Both the position numbers and the translations under genes were made by a program. The notes below the pieces were generated by a model. That model saw nothing but the letters and a program-made list of their open reading frames with translations, searched no databases and was not told the DNA's origin. From the IMG/VR virus record IMGVR_UViG_3300032237_000346, positions 1-39,880 of that record: a DNA stretch of 39,880 bases. One strand, written 5' to 3'. How positions within the stretch are numbered: the stretch's first letter is position 1; the number at the start of each line of letters is the position of its first letter. Positions 33,459 to 39,880 of this stretch are shown in pieces. This stretch comes from a virus (lineage: Duplodnaviria; Caudoviricetes).

Positions 33459-35497
33459 TGGCACGCTTTACAGATGTAATGATGCTTGATGGCGAAGGCT
33501 TTATGCCATCACTTGCTGCATTAGATGTTCTTTCTGGCGTTAAGGCTGCAGAAACCGTTACGCCTACAGTCCCAACTCCTGCATCTTCTGATACAAAACT
33601 TTCTGCTCAGGCTGCAACAGTCCCTCAGGCTGCTGTTCCTGCTGGTTCTGTCAACACAAATACTATTGAAGGTATCAACGCAGCAAGTAACAATAAAACA
33701 ACTGCACAACCTTTTACAACACCTATGACTATCTCTGGTCAGACAGATGGCGTTGTTACAACAGGTAATACACCTGAGGCTATTGATGCAGCAAATGCTA
33801 AAGTTATTGACATTGGTGGTTTAAGCACAGACCCAGCCAATCGCTTGCCAGGTGAAAGTGCATCTGAGGCTAATGCTCGCATTACCGCTGCATACAAGGC
33901 TCAACCTAAACCTGAGTTAACTAAAGAAGGTGCTGCTGCTGGTGCAACTATTAAATTTGTACGCACAGGCGCAGGTGGCGTTGGTAAATGGATGGAAGTT
34001 TTCCCAATTGGTAAACCAATTCCAGCAGAACGCACAACAGAGTATGGCAATGTTTATGATGCCAAAGGTAACCTTGTATCAGGTACTGGTCTTAAGACAG
34101 GAACTGGTAGTGCAACTGCAACATCTACTTCAACAAGTGGAACTAAAGGCGTTCAACAAATGCCTCCAGGATTTACTGCTGGTGCCTTTCCTAAAGAACT
34201 TGAAAAATATTTTGGTGCATCACCATCAGATATTATGGGTTACAAAATAAATGAATACACCAACGCTGCTGGAGAAAAGTATTACAAATTATCAATCAGT
34301 CAAAAAGGTGCTTATGGCGATGCTAAATATGGTTCAAGTGAATTTGGTGCGCCTATTAAGAAAGATGCATCTGGTGCTTTCACTTTGTTTCAAGGCAACT
34401 ATTCAACTGGCAGTAATTTAAATGATGGGTCAACTACAACTAAACCAACAACCAGTACAACTACAGTAACTACTACTAAGCCTATAACTAGCACTACTAC
34501 TCTAACAACAACTCCAGTAGCAGGTGCAAACTATGGTGGTAGTGGTTCAACCGCTGACCCATTTACTGTAGATGGAAAACCATACACAGGTTCTTTGTTT
34601 GGCTCTACATATAACAATGGTGTTGTAGTTGATATGGCTGCTAAGACTGCAGATGATATTGCTAAGCAAGGCAGACTTGATGCACGCACAGAGTTTAGTA
34701 ATACTCTTAAGGCTCTTGGCTTACCTCAGAATCTTGTTGATGAACTAGACAACATGATTAAGCAGGACTACACAAAGTCTCAGATGTATTTAGAATTGCA
34801 AAAGACTCCAGCCTGGAAAGAAAGATTCCCTGGTATGGCAGGTCTTGCTGCTGCTGGCAAGGCAGTAGATGCAGGTACATACATCAGCATGGAAAAGGGT
34901 TTCTTACAGACCCTTGATTACTATGGCATTGACAAAAAGATATTTGGAACCACTGCAGAATTAGGCAAGCAGATTGGTAACTTAGTATCGCCTAAGGCAT
35001 TTGAAGATAGAGTTTCCTTGGCTGCTCAAGATGTTGAACAGAACCCAGATGTTCTTTCACAACTTAACTTATACTATGGTGTAGATAAATCTGCAGCCAT
35101 CTCATACTTACTTAATCCAGAAATTGGTCTTGATATTATCAAGCGCCAAGCCCGTGCTGCAGAAATTGGTGCCAAGGCAGCAGCATCTAAGTTTGATTTT
35201 GGAACAGCACCAGCAGGTTCAGGTGTTGCAGAATCATTCATTAACGCTGCAGGAACTATGGACTTGCAATCACTTGGCACTGCCTTCCAACAGGCTCGTC
35301 AACTTGCAGGTAATCAAACCAGATTGGCACAACTTGAAGGCGCTAGTTACAACGACCTTGAAGCAGTATCTGCAATTCTTGGTAAGGACCAAGCAGCAAT
35401 CCTTGACAGCCAACGCCGTGCAGCCCGTGAAGCAGCACGCTTTGGTGGTGGCTCAGGCTTAGGCTCTGGCTCACTCAAGCGAGAAACAGCAATATAA
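33458..35497 (+). CDS. Putative internal virion protein
   Basis: Thr-rich variable N-terminal half; helical C-terminal half ending ARFGGGSG. Confidence 0.65.
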   Translation: MARFTDVMMLDGEGFMPSLAALDVLSGVKAAETVTPTVPTPASSDTKLSAQAATVPQAAVPAGSVNTNTIEGINAASNNKTTAQPFTTPMTISGQTDGVVTTGNTPEAIDAANAKVIDIGGLSTDPANRLPGESASEANARITAAYKAQPKPELTKEGAAAGATIKFVRTGAGGVGKWMEVFPIGKPIPAERTTEYGNVYDAKGNLVSGTGLKTGTGSATATSTSTSGTKGVQQMPPGFTAGAFPKELEKYFGASPSDIMGYKINEYTNAAGEKYYKLSISQKGAYGDAKYGSSEFGAPIKKDASGAFTLFQGNYSTGSNLNDGSTTTKPTTSTTTVTTTKPITSTTTLTTTPVAGANYGGSGSTADPFTVDGKPYTGSLFGSTYNNGVVVDMAAKTADDIAKQGRLDARTEFSNTLKALGLPQNLVDELDNMIKQDYTKSQMYLELQKTPAWKERFPGMAGLAAAGKAVDAGTYISMEKGFLQTLDYYGIDKKIFGTTAELGKQIGNLVSPKAFEDRVSLAAQDVEQNPDVLSQLNLYYGVDKSAAISYLLNPEIGLDIIKRQARAAEIGAKAAASKFDFGTAPAGSGVAESFINAAGTMDLQSLGTAFQQARQLAGNQTRLAQLEGASYNDLEAVSAILGKDQAAILDSQRRAAREAARFGGGSGLGSGSLKRETAI

Positions 35498-35503
35498 AAG
35501 AAT

Positions 35504-35590
35504 CCCCACCGTGACCGACCAGCCCACGGGGGCGTATAAGACTGGGAGCAATAGCCAACTGGGTTTCCCCGAACCCTTTTTGTGGATTGC
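35504..35590 (+). ncRNA. Structured leader upstream of the scaffold/capsid genes
   Basis: ccgtg/cacgg stem, possible ccag/ctgg pseudoknot, then a gcaat..gggtt/aaccc..attgc hairpin. Confidence 0.45.
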
Positions 35591-35619
35591 GAATACAACT
35601 AACAAAGGGAGATAGGTAG

Positions 35620-36087
35620 ATGGCTACCAATTACGAATACGATGACGAAGATGATGACTTTGGCAATGAGCCACAAGATGTTGTCAAGCAACTACGCAAG
35701 GTAAATCGCACGCTAGAAAAGCGTTTGAAAGAACTTGAACAAGAAGCAACCACACTTAAGACACAAACTCGTCAGCGTACTGTCAAGGATGTTTTATCAG
35801 CAAAGGGAATTAACCCAAAAGTCGCAGCATTTATCCCACAGGATATTGATACTACAGAAGAAGCCGTGTCCGCATGGCTTGCTGAGTATGGCGATGTGTT
35901 TGGAGTACAGCAGTCACCTGAGGAAACTCAGGCTAAAGAGACTGCCTCTGATGCACAGCGCAGAATCCAGAATGTAATGCAAACAGGTACACCACCAGGT
36001 GTAGATGAAGATGCACTTGCAAAGATTTTAAATGCTACATCGGCTGCTGATTTAAGTTCCATCCTTGGTGTTCAAACATATAACTAA
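35620..36087 (+). CDS. Capsid scaffolding protein
   Basis: Acidic N-terminus, coiled coil, immediately upstream of the capsid gene. Confidence 0.75.
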   Translation: MATNYEYDDEDDDFGNEPQDVVKQLRKVNRTLEKRLKELEQEATTLKTQTRQRTVKDVLSAKGINPKVAAFIPQDIDTTEEAVSAWLAEYGDVFGVQQSPEETQAKETASDAQRRIQNVMQTGTPPGVDEDALAKILNATSAADLSSILGVQTYN

Positions 36088-36115
36088 AAAACTACCAATC
36101 ACCAGGAGGTGAACT

Positions 36116-37288
36116 ATGGCATACACAGATTCGTCAGCACTCGCTGGCTTAATCAAAACCGCGTATGACCGCTATGTAGAGTTCGCGCTTCGTGCTCAGC
36201 CACTGATTCGTTCAGTTGCAGACAAGCGCCCTGCTCAGCAAGCGATGCCAGGTTCAAGCGTTGTATTCTCAATCTACAATGACTTGGCTGCGGCAACATC
36301 CGCACTCTCATCAGAAACAACTGACCCAGATGCAGTAGCACTGTCAGATGTTTCAACAGTTTCAGTATCACTTGCTGAATACGGAAACGCATCACTTGTA
36401 ACTCGTAAGTTGCAGTTGTTCTCACTTTCAGATGTTGACCCTGCAGTTGCAGACATCATCGCGTTCAACATGGCTGACTCACTAGACAAGATTGCAATGG
36501 AAACATTGCGTACTGGCACAAATGTTATTTACGGTGGAAGCCGTACATCAACAGCAACAATCACAGCAACAGATACAATCACTGCTGCTAACATCCGTAA
36601 GGGTGTTGCTAAGTTGCGTTCAAACAAGGCTGTTCCACGCGAAGGTTCACTCTACTGGTGTGGTATCCACCCAGAAGTTTCACATGACCTTCGTGCAGAA
36701 ACAGGCGTTGGTGGATGGAACGACATGCACAAGTACGCAGAGACTGGCACAGGACAGTTCTGGCCAGGAACTATCGGAACATTTGAAGGTGCCTACTTTG
36801 TAGAAACACCTCGTATGTACCGTGGCGTAGATGGCGCAGACCAGACAGCACTTGCTACAACAGCAGTAACTGTTGCTGGTACATCAGCAGGCTACACATT
36901 TGGTGTGGCTTCATCATCTGTAATCGCTACTTCTGCAGAAGCAGGAGATAAGATTTCAGGTACAGGTATTGCATCAGGTGCAAAGATTACATCTTTGGTT
37001 ACATCTGGTTCAACAACTACAATCACTGTTGACACTGCTAACACAGCAGCAGTAACAGCGACAACTGTTGTAACAGTAACTCCAATAACAGCCAACTACC
37101 GCACAATCCTTGCTGGAAAGCAGGCACTTGCGGAGGCAGTTGCACAGGAGCCAAATGTTATCATCGGACCTGTTGTTGACCGCTTGATGCGTTTCCGCCC
37201 TATCGGTTGGTACGGAGTCCTTGGATTCTCACTATACCGTCAGGCTGCGTTGTACCGCATCGAGACTGGTTCATCAATCCAGTCATAA
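36116..37288 (+). CDS. Major capsid protein (N4-gp56-like family)
   Basis: AGGAGGTG RBS; EYGN, IHPEV..DLR, IGTFEG..FVET, VD.LMRFRPIGWYG motifs. Confidence 0.88.
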   Translation: MAYTDSSALAGLIKTAYDRYVEFALRAQPLIRSVADKRPAQQAMPGSSVVFSIYNDLAAATSALSSETTDPDAVALSDVSTVSVSLAEYGNASLVTRKLQLFSLSDVDPAVADIIAFNMADSLDKIAMETLRTGTNVIYGGSRTSTATITATDTITAANIRKGVAKLRSNKAVPREGSLYWCGIHPEVSHDLRAETGVGGWNDMHKYAETGTGQFWPGTIGTFEGAYFVETPRMYRGVDGADQTALATTAVTVAGTSAGYTFGVASSSVIATSAEAGDKISGTGIASGAKITSLVTSGSTTTITVDTANTAAVTATTVVTVTPITANYRTILAGKQALAEAVAQEPNVIIGPVVDRLMRFRPIGWYGVLGFSLYRQAALYRIETGSSIQS

Positions 37289-37296
37289 TTTGATGG

Positions 37297-37335
37297 TAGG
37301 GGGCGGGGGTTAGTTTCCTTTCACCCGCCCTCTAC
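37297..37335 (+). terminator. Strong hairpin after the capsid gene (terminator/attenuator or stabiliser)
   Basis: gtagggggcggg/cccgccctctac stem; no clear U tract. Confidence 0.5.
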
Positions 37336-37353
37336 ACTTAACAAGGAGAATAA

Positions 37354-37626
37354 ATGGCAGAGTACAAGTTTGTACCACCCACAGTATTTGAAACCCCGAT
37401 TGCTTGGGACAGACTGTTTATTCGTTACGGTATCCACCGTGGAGTTTCTGTCTTAATGATTGATGGACAGTACTCAAGTTATCGTTTCCCCGCTCAAACA
37501 GATATTGCAGCATCCACTGAACATTACTTAGGTGGACACGAATACATCATTGACGAAAAGACTAAGAATCGTTTAACCGACCCAACCATCGGTGGCGTGT
37601 ACGGGGAGTACATAACAGCAATATGA
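37354..37626 (+). CDS. Hypothetical virion-associated protein
   Basis: RBS aaggag; YLGGHEY motif. Confidence 0.7.
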   Translation: MAEYKFVPPTVFETPIAWDRLFIRYGIHRGVSVLMIDGQYSSYRFPAQTDIAASTEHYLGGHEYIIDEKTKNRLTDPTIGGVYGEYITAI

Positions 37627-37895
37627 ATCTACATCAAAGAACTAAACACCCTGAGTTTGTTGAAGGATGCTTTGGTTGCAAGGTTGGTACACTAGAAATG
37701 GGTACTGGCGATGCGGGCAGAGCAGACTCTATGCCTCAGAAGAAGTGGAACAAAGAGTTAGATGCTTACTCTGCAGCACGCAAGCAGGGTATCCAACCAG
37801 CAGGTACAACCATGAAGGCTGTACAGGCAGCGGTAGATGCATCCAATAAAGCAGGTAAAGCATTTGATGCCAACACGGGAGGATTTAAAGAATGA
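37623..37895 (+). CDS. Hypothetical protein (HPE.VEGCFGCK motif)
   Basis: ATGA overlaps on both sides. Confidence 0.7.
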   Translation: MNLHQRTKHPEFVEGCFGCKVGTLEMGTGDAGRADSMPQKKWNKELDAYSAARKQGIQPAGTTMKAVQAAVDASNKAGKAFDANTGGFKE

Positions 37896-38617
37896 CTGCC
37901 ATCGTAGGTATTCAGGGAAAAGGCTGGGCGGTAATCGCTGCAGATTCCATGACTACCTATGATGACAAGCCATACTTCTCCAAAAGTTTTGAAAAGGTTA
38001 CACGCAAGGGTGACTATGTATTTGCTTTTGCAGGTGATGCCATTGCTGGCAACATAGCCAACTTTATCTGGACACCACCTAAGTTTATTAAGACAGTAAC
38101 TACCGATGTATTTGTACAGACCAAGGTACTGCCTTCGCTTCGTGATGTACTCAAAGATAATGGTTATGAGCCAGACACAACTAAGAATCCAGATGCTGGC
38201 TTTGATGCCCTTATCTGTATCAACGGAATCATCTATGAAATTGACCAAGATTTTCTATGGTCACGAGATGACCGTGGGTTATATGCGGTAGGTAGCGGTG
38301 GCTCAATAGCGCTAGGTGCATTAGCCACTGGCTTTAGCAAGAACTCAATGAAGGCTGCAGAGTTTGCAGCACGCAGGGCAATCAAGATTTCCGCTGACTA
38401 CACAATCAGTGTTGGTGGAGATGTCAAAGTGATAACACAAAAGGGGAATGAAATGGCAGCAATGAAGAAGATTACAAAGAAGGCAGCATACGCAGCCTAC
38501 GAAAAGACAGAACCAAAAGCAACAAAGAAGATGGAACTTAAGAAGGGCGAATCAAAGGCTCAGGTTAAGAAGGAAGTTGCTAAGGGTATGTCAATGATGA
38601 AGAAGAAGGCGAAGTAA
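37892..38617 (+). CDS. Ntn-hydrolase / HslV-proteasome beta-like protease with in-frame Lys-rich C-terminal extension
   Basis: MT(1)AIVG...IAADS, K near residue 33-35, AGD, AVGSG, D..SVGG. Confidence 0.8.
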   Translation: MTAIVGIQGKGWAVIAADSMTTYDDKPYFSKSFEKVTRKGDYVFAFAGDAIAGNIANFIWTPPKFIKTVTTDVFVQTKVLPSLRDVLKDNGYEPDTTKNPDAGFDALICINGIIYEIDQDFLWSRDDRGLYAVGSGGSIALGALATGFSKNSMKAAEFAARRAIKISADYTISVGGDVKVITQKGNEMAAMKKITKKAAYAAYEKTEPKATKKMELKKGESKAQVKKEVAKGMSMMKKKAK

Positions 38618-38619
38618 TC

Positions 38620-38679
38620 ATGGCAACAGCAAAGAAATGCAAGAAGTGCGGAAAGTCATCCGCTAACTGCAAGTGCTAA
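38620..38679 (+). CDS. 19-aa Lys/Cys micropeptide (MATAKKCKKCGKSSANCKC)
   Basis: Translated by hand; fills the gap between ORFs; gaagg upstream. Confidence 0.5.
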   Translation: MATAKKCKKCGKSSANCKC

Positions 38680-38703
38680 TAATTATTCAAAGGAGAAAAT
38701 GAT

Positions 38704-38826
38704 ATGTGTACAACATGTGGATGTGGGACTAAAACAGTCAACGCAGATAACAATTATGGAACAGTTAACCCTTATGGCATCCCAGCCCCAGAGGTTAATA
38801 AGCCAACTACTTTGGGACAAAAGTAA
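38704..38826 (+). CDS. 40-aa peptide with N-terminal MCTTCGCG metal-binding motif
   Basis: Translated by hand; aaggag RBS upstream; TAATG overlap with the next ORF. Confidence 0.6.
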   Translation: MCTTCGCGTKTVNADNNYGTVNPYGIPAPEVNKPTTLGQK

Positions 38827-38987
38827 TGCCAAAGGGTATGGGATTCAAAGCAGCACAGAAGTCAATCGCAAAGAAACAAGGCATCCCAATGAAGAACGCG
38901 GGAGCAATCCTTGCAGCAGGTGCTCGCGGTGCGAGTGCAGCAGCAAAGAAATCTAATCCAAATCTTAAGAAGGTTAAAGGAAAGTAA
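38826..38987 (+). CDS. 53-aa basic Lys/Ala-rich protein
   Basis: MPKGMGFKAAQKSIAKKQG...NPNLKKVKGK; translated by hand. Confidence 0.7.
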   Translation: MPKGMGFKAAQKSIAKKQGIPMKNAGAILAAGARGASAAAKKSNPNLKKVKGK

Positions 38988-39245
38988 ATGACAGACCCAA
39001 GACTAAAGCGAGCAGGAGTGTCAGGTTTCAACAAGCCTAAGCGCACACCAAGTCATCCAACAAAATCACATGTAGTTGTGGCTAAATCTGGTGACCAGGT
39101 TAAGACTATTCGCTTTGGTCAACAGGGTGTCACTGGAGATAAGACTCCAACGGCTCGTCAAAAATCATTCAAGGCTCGTCACGCAAGCAACATTGCTAAA
39201 GGCAAGATGAGCGCAGCATACTGGGCGGATAAGGTGAAATGGTAA
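38988..39245 (+). CDS. Small basic conserved phage protein
   Basis: KTIRFGQQG...SFKARH...SAAYWADKVKW. Confidence 0.75.
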   Translation: MTDPRLKRAGVSGFNKPKRTPSHPTKSHVVVAKSGDQVKTIRFGQQGVTGDKTPTARQKSFKARHASNIAKGKMSAAYWADKVKW

Positions 39246-39400
39246 AGAAGAAAGCATTTTGGGATACAAAGAATCCTAACAAGAAATCAACTCCATTAAC
39301 GCCAGCACAAAAGGCTAAGGCTAAAGCATCGGCTGCAAAGGCTGGTCGTCCTTATCCAAACCTTGTTGACAATGCAGCAGCAAAACGAAAGGGCAAATAA
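39239..39400 (+). CDS. 53-aa basic protein
   Basis: MVKKKAFWD...AGRPYPNLVDNAAA; translated by hand; TAATG overlap. Confidence 0.7.
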   Translation: MVKKKAFWDTKNPNKKSTPLTPAQKAKAKASAAKAGRPYPNLVDNAAAKRKGK

Positions 39401-39675
39401 TGGCTACAGGTTATGATGGTTCTACACTCGTTGCTGAATTAAACAGACTTGCTAATGCTGGTACATACCCAGACCGTACTGCCTTTAAAGAGGCACCAGG
39501 GGCTGCTAATGCCTGGGCTGGTACCACTGGCAAGGACTTGCTAGGAGCACTTAACTACAAGGCTAGTGCTTCTCGTCAGCCAAATGATTACAAAGGTTTA
39601 AACGCAGTATGCAACGAACTTGCTGGAACCACTGGTAAGTCAGCAGTGTCAGCCTTAAGGAGCATTAACCTGTGA
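39400..39675 (+). CDS. Hypothetical virion-associated protein with internal repeat (AGTTGK twice)
   Basis: ORF track; GTGA overlap with the next gene. Confidence 0.7.
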   Translation: MATGYDGSTLVAELNRLANAGTYPDRTAFKEAPGAANAWAGTTGKDLLGALNYKASASRQPNDYKGLNAVCNELAGTTGKSAVSALRSINL

Positions 39676-39880
39676 GTACTCTTGAACAGATGACTGACCG
39701 TATTGAGACACTTCTCCACGGTTACAGCATGAACACAGAATCAACCACATGGTTGACTGCTGCCGTTACTAACGGTACAACTACTAGCATTTCAGTTAAT
39801 GATTCAAGTGTAGTCAGCCGTGGCTTTATTCAAGTAGGCGATGAGTTAATGTATGTCAATAGCACTAACAACATTGACAA
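39672..39880 (+). CDS. 5' part of the origin-spanning tail adaptor gene
   Basis: aaggag RBS, GTG at 39672, open to the end of the window and in frame with 92..832. Confidence 0.7.
   Translation, partial: MSTLEQMTDRIETLLHGYSMNTESTTWLTAAVTNGTTTSISVNDSSVVSRGFIQVGDELMYVNSTNNID
39758..39880. repeat. Terminal direct repeat (assembly overlap), copy 2
   Basis: Identical to 1-123. Confidence 0.97.

Noticed and set aside
38699-38956. 85-aa ORF in the track
   Set aside because: The alternative frames give two coupled ORFs (38704-38826 and 38826-38987) with TAATG overlap and coherent composition.
39758-39880. Biological direct terminal repeat
   Set aside because: It falls mid-gene and is consistent with an assembler overlap; the real ends are more plausibly near 20.8-21.0 kb.

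Overview
This window is a complete circularly permuted dsDNA phage genome of about 39,757 bp. Bases 39758-39880 repeat bases 1-123. It is a podovirus-like (short-tailed) phage. WhiB, a Cas4-like nuclease, a split primase, a sigma-like factor and moderate GC point to an actinobacterial host, probably freshwater (inference). Layout: late/virion module on + (21229 through the origin to 7677: terminase, portal, internal virion proteins, scaffold, capsid, HslV-like protease, basic peptides, tail, fibre, CHAP endolysin, holin); a small minus-strand operon (7730-8443); a replication module on + (8550-15209, no DNA polymerase or integrase recognised); a minus-strand early region of small ORFs (15324-20554); and a noncoding divergent region (20555-21228). 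The most striking signal is noncoding and sits in the early region. It has about 27 GTCTTAA/TTAAGAC sites in 5 kb, four perfect CRP-type boxes (TGTGA-N6-TCACA) upstream of -35-like hexamers, three covarying three-way-junction plus hairpin elements, and a shared GACAGGAGA ribosome-binding sequence. A 3'-terminal hairpin at 15222-15269 has a loop exactly antisense to that shared sequence. Two covarying H-type pseudoknots also occur in the late operon. All calls come from reading the sequence by eye; no searches were run.
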